Shown: piece after piece, positions 9,414 to 19,168 of the stretch
How positions within the stretch are numbered: the first letter of the stretch is position 1
Layout: each line of letters begins with the position of its first letter
From: Patescibacteria group bacterium
GTDB lineage: Bacteria; Patescibacteriota; Patescibacteriia; 2-01-FULL-39-33
Direction: 5' to 3'
Assembly (NCBI GenBank): GCA_041649575.1
Contig: JBAZMW010000003.1
Location: 150,001-182,000 of the forward strand
DNA length: 32,000 nucleotides
Notes under the pieces: generated by a model
The model's input: the letters and a program-made list of their open reading frames with translations, nothing else
Databases searched by the model: none
Told to the model about the DNA's origin: nothing
Program-made: the position numbers and the translations under genes

Positions 9414-9977
9414 CTATTTGGTTTTTTTCTTGCTCAGATAATCGTTAATCGCCTGAACCACCTTGGAGTCACTTTTTAATTTTTCCGTCAGCAGAACATA
9501 ATCCCGATTTATCACCATTTCATCGGTCGGGCCATGCAGCTCATTGCCCAATTTAAACAAAGAGAGTTCTTGTTGGGTTTGTTGCTGATTGGCTGCGGTT
9601 TCCCCTTGTTGAGTGCTTTGCAGTGGCTTGGTGATCACCTGAAGATAATAGATATTAGCTAGAGTCAGGGTCTCTCTACTGGTATCCTTGACCTTACCAA
9701 AATAGACCTGCCCGTTAGACAGAAAAACGGCATACCAGCTGTTTGATGAATAACTGGTTTCGCTGAAGCTGGGCAAATTCAAGCTGGTAAAACGGTCCAG
9801 GACAAACCAACCCAAAAAGACCACCACAATTATTACCACTATGGTAATTATAATTTTAAACCAACCCGACCTGCCTCCTCTTTCATAGGCCAACTCGTCG
9901 GCCATTTCTACTCCGCCGATTTCTGAATTATCCAGATCGACGTCTGACTTTCTTTTGATATTTTTTCTGTATTCCAT
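9414..9977 (-). CDS. Hypothetical single-pass membrane protein
   Basis: 187-aa ORF: TM IIITIVVIIVVVFLGWFVL followed by beta-rich WYAVFLSNGQVYFGKVKDTSRETLTLANIYYLQ. Confidence 0.75.
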   Translation of the reverse strand: MEYRKNIKRKSDVDLDNSEIGGVEMADELAYERGGRSGWFKIIITIVVIIVVVFLGWFVLDRFTSLNLPSFSETSYSSNSWYAVFLSNGQVYFGKVKDTSRETLTLANIYYLQVITKPLQSTQQGETAANQQQTQQELSLFKLGNELHGPTDEMVINRDYVLLTEKLKSDSKVVQAINDYLSKKKTK

Positions 9978-10066
9978 TTTACCCTCATTTTTTAAACAGA
10001 GTGAACCCTGTTTAAAATTATTTATTAAATATGTTAATTTTATTAATGTCTCGCTTTTCTATTTTA

Positions 10067-11113
10067 TTATATTTCTTTCTTTGTTTCAAGCAAGTCTTCC
10101 ACTGCCACGCTAAGTGCCGTAGCCACCGGCACCGAGAGTAAAACACCCAAAACGCCGGCCAGCCTGGCGCCGATTAAAACCACGATAATCACGATAACCG
10201 GATTTAAACCAACCGCTTTCTGCATTACCTTTGGCACTAGAACAGTGTTTTCTAATTGCTGGATGACAATATACAGAATAAATACCCACAGAGCCAAAAT
10301 CGGCGATTGGGTAAAAGCCACAAAGACAGCGGGTATTGCCCCCAAAAAAGGCCCCAGATAAGGAATAATCTCCGTCACGCCGGCAAAAAGGGCCAAAACT
10401 AAAGCATACTTGACCTGCAAGGCACTCAAGCCAATTAAACAAGCCAGAAAAATAATTAGCGATAAGGCCAGTTGCCCCCGAAACCACAACCCGATTTTTT
10501 CCTGCATGCGATTAATCAACTGGGAGACGTAAGGCTGGTATTTCACCGGCACCAAAAAACGTAGAGATCTTTTCAGGGCCTGCTCCTCTACTGTCATGTA
10601 AAAAGTGAGCATGATAATGATAAAAAAGGAAACAACGCCGCCGAAAAAAGAAAAAATCGTACCTAAAACGCTATTGGCGGCCAGACCGATATTAGATTGT
10701 AGAGCAGCCAGCGAATCGGAGACGCTTTTACCCCAGCCCTGCTGGTCGGAAAAATTTTGAATAGTACTAAATCCATTGTTAATTTTTTCCCAATAAAAGG
10801 GAAAATCTTTGGAAAGCTCGTTCACTTCGATGACAATCGGTGGTATGATTAAATAAATCGCTCCAGCAAGAACAGAAAAAAGAACCAGATAAATCAATAA
10901 GATGCCCACTACCCGAGGAATCCGATGCCTATGCAGCCACCCCACCCAAGGATCAAAAGCCGAAGTTAGAATTACAGCCACAAAAACTATCAAAATAATG
11001 TTTCTGATATAAAACAAAAAAACCAGAGAAATAACAATTACCAAAATTTTAATCAAGGTGACGGAAGAAATATTGATCGTTGTTTTTTTGTTTTCCTCTG
11101 ACATTTTTGGCAA
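10067..11113 (-). CDS. AI-2E family transporter / PerM-like permease
   Basis: 348 aa multi-TM with LIYLVLFSVLAGAIYLIIPPIVIEVNEL and GVTEIIPYLGPFLGAIPAVFVAF, GARLAGVLGVLLSVPVATAL. Confidence 0.9.
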   Translation of the reverse strand: MPKMSEENKKTTINISSVTLIKILVIVISLVFLFYIRNIILIVFVAVILTSAFDPWVGWLHRHRIPRVVGILLIYLVLFSVLAGAIYLIIPPIVIEVNELSKDFPFYWEKINNGFSTIQNFSDQQGWGKSVSDSLAALQSNIGLAANSVLGTIFSFFGGVVSFFIIIMLTFYMTVEEQALKRSLRFLVPVKYQPYVSQLINRMQEKIGLWFRGQLALSLIIFLACLIGLSALQVKYALVLALFAGVTEIIPYLGPFLGAIPAVFVAFTQSPILALWVFILYIVIQQLENTVLVPKVMQKAVGLNPVIVIIVVLIGARLAGVLGVLLSVPVATALSVAVEDLLETKKEI

Positions 11114-11186
11114 AATTTGATTAAACCTTGATTAAATTATAAGCTAGAGTAAAAATAATGTCAATCGGTCGGCTGGGTGAAATTCT

Positions 11187-11636
11187 ATGAAAATAATCAA
11201 TAAAAACAAAGAGGGTCTGTTCAATTACCAGGTACTGGAAAACTTCGAGGCCGGCGTTGTTCTGACCGGCCCGGAAGTCAAATCGGTCAAGAGCGGACAG
11301 GTCAGTCTCAAGGGCAGTTATATTCGACTGGACAAAAATAATGAAGCCTGGCTGATAAATTGCCATATTTCTCCCTACCAACCGGCGGCCGGCAGTGTCA
11401 AAAATTATGAGCCAACCCAGCCGAGAAAACTGCTACTAAAAAAGAGGGAGCTGCTTTCGCTGGTGGGCAAAAGCAAGCAAAGCGGCTTGACAATTATACC
11501 AACCAGTGTATATACTAGAAAAAGATTAATTAAGGTGGGTCTGGCTCTGGCCAAAGGCAAACGAGAAATCGACAAACGCGAAACCATCAGAAAACGAGAA
11601 GCCGAGCGCCAGATCCAAAGAACCTTAAAAAGATAA
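11187..11636 (+). CDS. smpB: SsrA-binding protein SmpB
   Basis: NYQVLENFEAGVVLTGPEVKSVKSGQVSLKGSYI, AWLINCHISPYQPA, RPRKLLLKKREL, ALAKGKREIDKRETIRKREAERQI. Confidence 0.96.
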   Translation: MKIINKNKEGLFNYQVLENFEAGVVLTGPEVKSVKSGQVSLKGSYIRLDKNNEAWLINCHISPYQPAAGSVKNYEPTQPRKLLLKKRELLSLVGKSKQSGLTIIPTSVYTRKRLIKVGLALAKGKREIDKRETIRKREAERQIQRTLKR

Positions 11637-11669
11637 AAGTGCTTAACGGTTATTTGATAATAATTCTGG

Positions 11670-12059
11670 GGATGTTTTGATTCGATAGCTTGAAATAGCC
11701 AAGAGGCAGGCCGAGATTGGCAATTGCTCGTTAACTAACAGCCAAACATATAAGTGCCAAAAACTTATTAGCTAAAGTCAAAACTGCTTTTAGCGGTTTA
11801 GCTTTGGCGCCAGCTGTTGCCTAAACAGGCTTAACAGCCATCGCCTTGCCGACGCCTAATAGGCAAATAAGCGGTGTTATATTTTTAGGCTCGACCGGAA
11901 CCATAGTCTGGAGTTCTGGTTAAAATTTTGACCAGACCGTAGGCCGCCAGTGTTTTGCTTCTTTCCAATTGGCGGCTGAAACCCAAAGAAGCAAAAGCCT
12001 GTAAACCGCTGGGCCAATTTTACAGCTAGACAGGAGCTCATTACTCCTCATCTCCACCA
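11670..12059 (+). ncRNA. ssrA: tmRNA (transfer-messenger RNA)
   Basis: 5' GGGGATG pairs with 3' CATCTCC-A-CCA. TTTTGATTCGATAGC resembles tmRNA 5' end. Tag frame 11758-11826 gives AKNLLAKVKTAFSGLALAPAVA*, with a hairpin enclosing the stop (GCTGTTgCCTaaacAGGCttAACAGC). Lies 33 nt after smpB. Confidence 0.93.
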
Positions 12060-12093
12060 AAAAAATAATCAACAGTCATAAAAAAACTACTTA

Positions 12094-12651
12094 ATGAGAA
12101 AAATTTTTCGGGGCAGAAACTTTCAAGCCGATAAAACTAAATTTTTTCGCGTTAACGAAAAAATCTTTGCCAAGGAAGTAATGGTGATTGACGAGCAGGG
12201 CCAAAAACTGGGTGTCTTGGACAAATGGCAGGCCTTGCAAGAAGCCAAAAACCGCGGCTTCGACCTAGTGGAAGTCTCACCCAAAGAAAACCCGCCGATT
12301 TGCAAAATCATGGATTATGGCAGTTTTAAGTATCAACAAAAAAAGAGTGAAAAAAAACAGCGGGCCAAAAATAAAACAACGGAAATAAAAACCATCAAAC
12401 TATCCAGCCGAATTAGCCAGCACGATACTGATTTCCGCGTCAATCAGGCGTTGAAATTCTTGGAAGAAAAAAATAAAGTTAAGATTGAGTTGCAATTGCG
12501 AGGCCGAGAAAACCAACATGCCGACCTGGCTCGAGAAATGCTGGGAAACTTCGTTAAGGAAGTCCGGCTGCGCCTGCCAGAAAACAGCTTGAAAGTGGAA
12601 CAAGAAGTCAAAAAACAAGGCGGCAATCTTTCCGCCATTATCTCTTCGTAA
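12094..12651 (+). CDS. infC: Translation initiation factor IF-3
   Basis: FRVNEKIFAKEVMVIDEQGQKLGVLDKWQALQEAKNRGFDLVEVSPKENPPICKIMDYGSFKYQQKK. Confidence 0.96.
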   Translation: MRKIFRGRNFQADKTKFFRVNEKIFAKEVMVIDEQGQKLGVLDKWQALQEAKNRGFDLVEVSPKENPPICKIMDYGSFKYQQKKSEKKQRAKNKTTEIKTIKLSSRISQHDTDFRVNQALKFLEEKNKVKIELQLRGRENQHADLAREMLGNFVKEVRLRLPENSLKVEQEVKKQGGNLSAIISS

Positions 12652-12672
12652 AAATAAAATTTAAAAGTTATT

Positions 12673-12876
12673 ATGCCTAAAAAAATAAAAACCAGACAAG
12701 CGGTCGCCAAAAGATTCAGAGTAACCAAAAAGAAGAAACTGATGAAAAGAACCGGCGGCCAGGATCATTTCAATGCCCGCGAGAGCGGCAAGACCAAGCG
12801 CGGTAAACGGCGTGACACTCAAATTGCCAAAGCCGACCGCAAAAATGTCCGGCAGTTTATGCCTTATAATTATTAA
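12673..12876 (+). CDS. rpmI: 50S ribosomal protein L35
   Basis: MPKKIKTRQAVAKRFRVTKKKKLMKRTGGQDHFNARESGKTKRGKR. Located between infC and rplT. Confidence 0.95.
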   Translation: MPKKIKTRQAVAKRFRVTKKKKLMKRTGGQDHFNARESGKTKRGKRRDTQIAKADRKNVRQFMPYNY

Positions 12877-12893
12877 TCTAATTTTAATTAACT

Positions 12894-13238
12894 ATGCCCC
12901 GGGTCAAACGAGGAGTAATTCATACTAAGAATCGCAACAATATTTTGCGCCGCACCAAAGGCTTTCAGGCCGGCCGCAAAAAACTTATCAAACTAGCCAA
13001 AACCGCAGCCACCAAGGCCGGCGCTTACGCTTACCGCGACAGAAAAACCAAAAAAAGAAACTTTCGTCGGCTTTGGCAAATTCAGCTTAATGCGGCCGCC
13101 CGAGAACACGGCTATTCTTACAGCCGGTTTATGGCCGGACTGAAGAAAAACAAGATCGAGCTCGATCGTAAAATCCTGGCTCAACTGGCTCAAAAAGAGC
13201 CCAAAATTTTTGCTCAAATAATAGAAAAGATAAAATAA
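12894..13238 (+). CDS. rplT: 50S ribosomal protein L20
   Basis: MPRVKRGVIHTKNRNNILRRTKGFQAGRKK...AYRDRKTKKRNFRRLWQIQLNAAAREHGYSYSRFMAGLKK. Confidence 0.97.
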   Translation: MPRVKRGVIHTKNRNNILRRTKGFQAGRKKLIKLAKTAATKAGAYAYRDRKTKKRNFRRLWQIQLNAAAREHGYSYSRFMAGLKKNKIELDRKILAQLAQKEPKIFAQIIEKIK

Positions 13239-13248
13239 TTCTTCACTA

Positions 13249-13283
13249 AAACCGCGCCCTTTCTAAAGGGCGCGGTTTTTTTG
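13249..13283. terminator. Bidirectional terminator between rplT and the convergent giant gene
   Basis: AAACCGCGCCCTT-TCTA-AAGGGCGCGGTTT followed by T run. Confidence 0.9.
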
Positions 13284-13296
13284 TAAATCAGAAAAT

Positions 13297-16200
13297 TTAA
13301 GCTGTCACTACCTTATCTTGTAAAGGCCGAACCGCCTCTATTACTTTTTTCAAGACAGCGGCGGGATTTTTACCGGCATAAGGAGCCGAGCGGCTGACCG
13401 CCTCGCCAGTGCCCCCCTGATGGCTGGCTTCCATCACCAGTTCGGCGGGGTTGATTCGGACATCGATATTACTCTCTGCCAAAGTAAACTGCAGGACACC
13501 TTTGGTCACCTTGGCCGCCGAGGCCTGGCCAGTTATACCGGCCTCAGAAAGAATCTTGGCAACTTCTTTGCTGGGAGCGGTGCCGGCTTCAACCAGTCTA
13601 GTTAACTTAACCCAGCTTTCAAGGTTTGGAGAGTTTAAGACTTCAGTACCGCTAATTAGCTTGCCAACCGCCGAGTCGGGAGCGACTTCTCCGCCAGCAA
13701 AAGTCAGAACCTTTTTGGCCAAATCGGCGCCATGACTTTCTACCAAACCGTTAAGCGTCTCGCCAGGAACAACTTTGGGGTTCCCGCTATAGAAACTAAC
13801 CACTTCTTTGGCCACACCCTTGACTCCCGATGATAAAATTTCGGCCGCTCGGCCTGGTTCAAGTCCGGCCTCATGCGCCTGACCCATCAGGTCGTAGGCG
13901 GACTGATCTAAACTGACACCAGAACCTTTGACCAAGCCGACTACCTGACGCAAATAAGCATTATTAGACTCTATTTGCGATAGAGTTTTCTCGCTTAGCT
14001 TGCCGGCGGCCTGTAAAACCTTTCCTGTATCACCGGTTTTCGGATCAAAAAAGGTGCTGGCCACTAATTCATTAAACTTATCATTACCGGCTAGTTTGGC
14101 CAGATCTTCAGGAGTGACATGATCGATATTAGCCGGTAAACCAAACTCGGTTGGACTTTTGGCAACCGCGTCTTTGATGGAATCAACCAAATAGGTAATC
14201 TTGCCTTCACGAAAGACAGGTAGCTTTTTGAGAGCTTCCGAAGTCATTTTACTAATATCTACATCCTTCGGCAGTCCAAGTTCGGCGGGATAGGTCTGGC
14301 CGCTTTCTATGGCCTTTTTGACTGTTGATCCGAGCGCTGCTTCGCATTTCTTTTCGATAACTCCCCAGACAGTATGCGAACCTTTAGCCTCAACTCCTTC
14401 GACGACTTCCAGCGCTTGCTCAAATTCAGTCAATTTTTCCGGCGCTTCCGGCCCAGGCGCGGTTTCCGTCGTGGCAGATTCTGCTGGCGCGGCACCTGGG
14501 GTATGTTCTGTTGGCGCACCGCCCGAAGCGGCTTCTGGCGCACCGGCGTCCGGCACTCGCGGAGCTCCTTCTGCTGGTGGGTTGCTCCCTTCAACTGTTG
14601 GTTGCTCTGCCGGCGCGGCGCCAGGAGTATGTTCTGCTGACGCTCCACCAGGAGCGGCTTCTGGCGCACCGGCGTCTAGAACTCGCTGAGCTCCTTCTGC
14701 TGGTGGCTGGCCTTCCGGCGAAACGCCGGCATGAGGGGCTTCCGCACCGCTTCCGCCGCTTCCGGCTTCAGCGGCGCCAGTGGCCGCGCCATGACCACGG
14801 AGCCATTGCCAAGGCTGAATACCGACAACCAGGCCAGCGGCGGCGGCTATCACGCCGCGTTGTATTTCTTTTCTTCTTTCAGCTCGGCCGGTTTGCTCTT
14901 CAGCTTGATGGGAAGTGCTAATATAAAAATCCAATTGATTAGACAAGGCATCGGCCAAAGAATAGCCGCTGGTATCAATGGCAGTCAATCTCTCCTCCAT
15001 TCTAGCCAAACTGGCTTGATACATTTGATCAATAACCGGCTTCATTCTATCGCCAAAAACATCTACTTGACGCTTGCCTTTTCTTTCGGCCAAGGCCGTT
15101 ATTCTGGCCAACTCTTCCTTTAAATCCTTATCGCTTAAACTTCCAAACTTTTTTTCTAACCAAGCTTTGGCAGCTTTAGGATCTTTCCTTTTCTCTTTAG
15201 CGTATTCTTTATAAATCTTCTGGGCTAATCCTTTATCTCCAAAACGTTTAGTAAATCTTTCCAGAGCGGCGTCAACACCCATGGCGGTACCGGTACCGCC
15301 AAGTATTCTTCTGGCAAAAAAGACAGCGGTCAGCAACGGCGCCGAAGCGGCGAAAGAAGTGGCAACGGCCGGAGTGGCCAAAGCCACAGCGGCTCCCAAC
15401 AAAGCGCCGGAAACAATCAGTCTGCCAGTGGCATGACGTTGCCACCATCCTTTAAGTCTTTCTCCTCTGCTTTTTTCCTTACCTTCAAACTCGGCCCAGA
15501 CTAGTTGGTTTTCCTTATCATACAAATCAACCAGTCCCTGAGCTAGACGATCTGGAAACATGGCCAGAGGACTAAGTTCACCGGTCTGTACTTTGGATCG
15601 GATCGACTCTTGCAAAGTCGCTTCATAAGAACGCCTTAACTGCTCTAACTTCTGCTCGCCCTTCTTGCCGCGGAATTCGGATTTGCCAATAAGTTTCATC
15701 CTCTCTCGCCTGGCTTGATAATAGGCCTTGCGGGCTTGATCTAGGGTTGGTTTGTCTTCTTCAGTCTCAATTATTATAGGTCCTTCACCAGTTTTATCTG
15801 ATGGAGGAAAAGGAGCGGCATCATCTTCCTCTTCATGAGACTTTAGTGTCGATTCTTCCGATTCATCTTCTAATTCATCTTCCGGCTTCTTTCCTGATTC
15901 CTCAAGCTCACGCACAAGACGTTCAGCCTCAGCTAGATCAAGAGGTGCTGACTCTGACTCTAATGGAGGCGCTATTAATTCCACATCAAGAACCGACTCA
16001 ATCCAAGTCGCGTATGCCTTATTATCGACAAAATTAAAGGTACGTATATAGGGTTTTTCTCCCTCTTCCACTAAACCAAGAAATTTTTCTTCATAGGTCG
16101 CTGATAAATAAGTGACTCTTATCATGCTCCCTGGCTTAATACCCCTAAATTTTTCCAAAAGTCTTTCTGTTCTTTCGGCCGGACTTTCCTCTGGCAACGG

Positions 16201-19143
16201 TGAAGGTCTTTCTGCTTCTTCGTCTGGATTTTCACCCGACTCCGGAGCTGGCGGCGGTGGAGGAGGGAGAACTTCCCCAGATAAATCCCCAAGCGGTGCT
16301 TCTGAATCATCTGGCCGCATCACTTCAACGCTCTCTATTCTATTGGTATTTTCTTGCCTGCCATCTTCAAAAAGCAACAGCATCCCGGCTGTGGTATCCA
16401 CCAATCCCCTGAAGTCTCCGATAAAACTCGATCCGTCCGTACAGACCCCTGCTAGTTTATCGCCAGGCTTACAACCGCGAAGTACTGCAAGTACTCTTTC
16501 TATTCTTTCTTTATCTTTTTTATCTTTATCTTCGGCGTCAGACTCTACCGGCGCAGGCCTAGGCGTTTCAACCGCCTCACTGGTCGCCGTCACCCTAGCT
16601 CTAACAATCTCGCCACCCGGCTTAGTAAAACCCATAGTAACAACCGCAGCAACTTTTAGATTACGGCCCTTGGGACCTTCAGTAAATGTAACCTCATGAT
16701 ACTTCTCATTAATATTATCGCCCAGCTGAACTAGCCAAAGTCTAAAACCAAAACTTTGCATTAACCCTGATAAATATCCGACTTTTGCGGTTTCAAAAAC
16801 GGGACCATTAACCGCATCACAATATTCTCTGCCAATTTCATCTACCAAAACTTGCACCGCGTGCTCTCTGCTTTCTGTTTCTATTTTGTCTTGTAATCCT
16901 CTAGCGCCAGCAGCTAGCTGTCTCATCCCCAAGGCTTCTGCTCTGCTAAGAATTGCTGAGAGCATGGCTTGCAGCTCTTGCTGTTCCGCGCTAAGCTCTG
17001 CTTCTGCTTTTTCGTCTCCTTTTGGTGTTTCTGGCGCCGGCTGTTCGATGGCCGGTGCTAACACCTCAATCTTTGTTATTAAAGAAAGAAGGATCTTTTT
17101 TGGCTTTAAGTCACTTGGTTTGCCTTTGATCTTTACGCGGTCACCTTCCACTCCATCAAAAAAGCCCTCTTCTTTCATTCCGCCCAAATCTACCAAAATC
17201 CTAGTGCCAAGCGGCAAATCTTTTAATTGATCGGCTGTTACTTCCCGTCCTGACTGCTTAGCGCCTAACCGCTCGGCTACCTCATTCATTATTTGCAAAG
17301 CACATTCCCGAACCAAACCTCTGGCGGTTTCTTCTTCGGCGCTTTCTTTTTTGGGCCGATAACGAGCCTCTTGGCCGGCTGCGTTTGCAGCTGTTCTAAA
17401 AAGAGTATTTTCTAAAGCAACCAAATCTTTAGGAAGAACTTTTTCTTCCTGCTCTGTCATGTTCTGGATGATTCTTTGTTTTGTTTCCTCTAAAGCCTTT
17501 TTGAAAGCAGGCAAAAATTTAGTCTCAGATTCACCACTTCCTTCTCCTTTTAATTCTTGATCTTTCGAGCCATTCACTTCGGCCATAATTTGCTCCGCGC
17601 ACGCGCTAACCAGATTTAGAACAGCCGGCTCCTCGGCATGCTTCCAGCCTTTTGTCGCCCTGATAGTTTTGTCGAGAATCGACTTTTCTAATTTATCTTT
17701 TTCTTCCGGCTTAATCCTTCTTCTCTCACTCTTCATTCTTTTGACTATCTCCTCTCGCGTCTGGTCTAATGCCTCTTTAAAAGCTTCCAAGAATGCCTCA
17801 AACTCATTTTTTTCCTCCCCCTTTCTGATAATTTCAGTGTCAATGCTTTCGCCAACCTCGCACTGGGCATTACCCTGTAATAGAATACGACAATTTTTGG
17901 CTTTTCTAATAGCCAGCTTAGCGCCATCCTCAACGACAAATCTGCTATCTGTCGCACTCTCGACTTCCATGGATATCCCGGCTCCGATCTTTTCTCTGCG
18001 CCTGTCGTTCATCTCTCTTCTTCTTACTGTTTTGAGCCCCGATCCTGGCTTTTCTTCTATAGATCCGCCATTCTTCCCGGTGGTATCAAGCTCGGCTTCA
18101 ATTTGTTCAGCGAAATTTTGGGATGCTTGGCGCACCAGGTCTTTTTCGGCTGCCGACTGCGCCTCCAAGCCGGTTTCTTTTTGGACGTCACGCTCAACTG
18201 TCCCAAAAAATATAGTTTTTTGCATATCATTGGCTTCTTGCGCATCATCAGCGCCAGCTCTAATTATGGTTATAAATTCTTGCCTTCTTCCATTTAAAAC
18301 CCTCTCAAAAACAGGCAAAAACCTGTCTCTAAATTCCGGTCTGATTTCTGGCGACTCGGCCGCTGGAGCCCCTCCTTTTATTTCTCCTTTAAACGCGGCA
18401 TGGGTTTCACGCAGCCCCTCTAATTCAGCTACAACTGCTTCTAACTCTTTATATAAAGGATTAAATTCATCTCTTAAAGCTTCTATATCTTCACCTATAC
18501 TCTCTAAAGCCTGCACACTAAAAACCTTATTTATTAAAAAACCCAAAAAACGTTCAATTATTTCAATCTCCTGATTAATGATTTTTTGAGCCCACTCCGG
18601 CTTGGCCTCTACCTTGGCCCTGACACTCGATAAAATAGTTTTGCCTTCAACTATGCCTGATCTCTCTTTGGCCGCGTTAACTTCTGCTCTAATTTGATCA
18701 AGAGCAATTTCGGCTTCTGCCGTCTCGGCCGGTGGCGGCGGGATTTCAACGCCAACTACGGGGAGATGTAATCCTAAAACTGATCTGGCATTATCAATAA
18801 CCCACCGAGCATTTGCCTTGTTGATTACTCCACCACGCCCTTCTTTCTTGAAAGTGTCAGACATATCCAAAATGTGCTCCAGTCCGGCTAAGAGCTCATC
18901 TAATTCCGGCGCCTGCAGGTCGGACAAATCGGACAAAGCATTAAAAGAATCTACAGCAGCCCTGAATTCTTCTACTTCTGGTTCCTTTCTTCCTGAAAGA
19001 TTAGTCTTTATTCTCAAAAGAGCCCTATTTATTCTTTTTCTTTTTTCCTTGTTCTCTTTTCTCTCGGCCTCTGTTGCCTCTCCTTCGGCTCCGGGCTCAA
19101 GCTCGTCTTCTTTGTCTGGAGTTTTTGGTTTATAATCTCCCAT
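13297..19143 (-). CDS. Giant (1948 aa) predicted membrane-associated protein: charged helical N-region, SH3-like beta segments, TM segments, Pro/Ala-rich linker, helical C-region
   Basis: Single uninterrupted ORF. TM-like segments LIVSGALLGAAVALATPAVATSFAASAPLLTAVFFA and GVIAAAAGLVVGIQPW. Low-complexity PPAEGAPRVPDAGAPEAASGGAPTEHTPGAAPAE. Confidence 0.85.
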   Translation of the reverse strand: MGDYKPKTPDKEDELEPGAEGEATEAERKENKEKRKRINRALLRIKTNLSGRKEPEVEEFRAAVDSFNALSDLSDLQAPELDELLAGLEHILDMSDTFKKEGRGGVINKANARWVIDNARSVLGLHLPVVGVEIPPPPAETAEAEIALDQIRAEVNAAKERSGIVEGKTILSSVRAKVEAKPEWAQKIINQEIEIIERFLGFLINKVFSVQALESIGEDIEALRDEFNPLYKELEAVVAELEGLRETHAAFKGEIKGGAPAAESPEIRPEFRDRFLPVFERVLNGRRQEFITIIRAGADDAQEANDMQKTIFFGTVERDVQKETGLEAQSAAEKDLVRQASQNFAEQIEAELDTTGKNGGSIEEKPGSGLKTVRRREMNDRRREKIGAGISMEVESATDSRFVVEDGAKLAIRKAKNCRILLQGNAQCEVGESIDTEIIRKGEEKNEFEAFLEAFKEALDQTREEIVKRMKSERRRIKPEEKDKLEKSILDKTIRATKGWKHAEEPAVLNLVSACAEQIMAEVNGSKDQELKGEGSGESETKFLPAFKKALEETKQRIIQNMTEQEEKVLPKDLVALENTLFRTAANAAGQEARYRPKKESAEEETARGLVRECALQIMNEVAERLGAKQSGREVTADQLKDLPLGTRILVDLGGMKEEGFFDGVEGDRVKIKGKPSDLKPKKILLSLITKIEVLAPAIEQPAPETPKGDEKAEAELSAEQQELQAMLSAILSRAEALGMRQLAAGARGLQDKIETESREHAVQVLVDEIGREYCDAVNGPVFETAKVGYLSGLMQSFGFRLWLVQLGDNINEKYHEVTFTEGPKGRNLKVAAVVTMGFTKPGGEIVRARVTATSEAVETPRPAPVESDAEDKDKKDKERIERVLAVLRGCKPGDKLAGVCTDGSSFIGDFRGLVDTTAGMLLLFEDGRQENTNRIESVEVMRPDDSEAPLGDLSGEVLPPPPPPAPESGENPDEEAERPSPLPEESPAERTERLLEKFRGIKPGSMIRVTYLSATYEEKFLGLVEEGEKPYIRTFNFVDNKAYATWIESVLDVELIAPPLESESAPLDLAEAERLVRELEESGKKPEDELEDESEESTLKSHEEEDDAAPFPPSDKTGEGPIIIETEEDKPTLDQARKAYYQARRERMKLIGKSEFRGKKGEQKLEQLRRSYEATLQESIRSKVQTGELSPLAMFPDRLAQGLVDLYDKENQLVWAEFEGKEKSRGERLKGWWQRHATGRLIVSGALLGAAVALATPAVATSFAASAPLLTAVFFARRILGGTGTAMGVDAALERFTKRFGDKGLAQKIYKEYAKEKRKDPKAAKAWLEKKFGSLSDKDLKEELARITALAERKGKRQVDVFGDRMKPVIDQMYQASLARMEERLTAIDTSGYSLADALSNQLDFYISTSHQAEEQTGRAERRKEIQRGVIAAAAGLVVGIQPWQWLRGHGAATGAAEAGSGGSGAEAPHAGVSPEGQPPAEGAQRVLDAGAPEAAPGGASAEHTPGAAPAEQPTVEGSNPPAEGAPRVPDAGAPEAASGGAPTEHTPGAAPAESATTETAPGPEAPEKLTEFEQALEVVEGVEAKGSHTVWGVIEKKCEAALGSTVKKAIESGQTYPAELGLPKDVDISKMTSEALKKLPVFREGKITYLVDSIKDAVAKSPTEFGLPANIDHVTPEDLAKLAGNDKFNELVASTFFDPKTGDTGKVLQAAGKLSEKTLSQIESNNAYLRQVVGLVKGSGVSLDQSAYDLMGQAHEAGLEPGRAAEILSSGVKGVAKEVVSFYSGNPKVVPGETLNGLVESHGADLAKKVLTFAGGEVAPDSAVGKLISGTEVLNSPNLESWVKLTRLVEAGTAPSKEVAKILSEAGITGQASAAKVTKGVLQFTLAESNIDVRINPAELVMEASHQGGTGEAVSRSAPYAGKNPAAVLKKVIEAVRPLQDKVVTA
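14483..14725 (-). repeat. Diverged in-frame tandem duplication, about 126 bp (42 aa) unit
   Basis: GCTTCTGGCGCACCGGCGTC at 14531 recurs at 14657 and GGCGCGGC at 14486 recurs at 14612, both offset exactly 126. Peptides LDAGAPEAAPGGASAEHTPGAAPAEQP / PDAGAPEAASGGAPTEHTPGAAPAES. Confidence 0.85.
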
Positions 19144-19168
19144 ATAAATTAATTATTTTTATAATCAA

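Noticed and set aside
14483-14725. Possible CRISPR-like array
   Set aside because: Only two long, diverged in-frame repeat units without spacer logic; a protein-level tandem duplication.
14309-14921. Several plus-strand ORFs (126, 88, 136 aa) rich in Ala/Gly/Arg
   Set aside because: Complement of the low-complexity repeat region of the giant gene; no independent signals.
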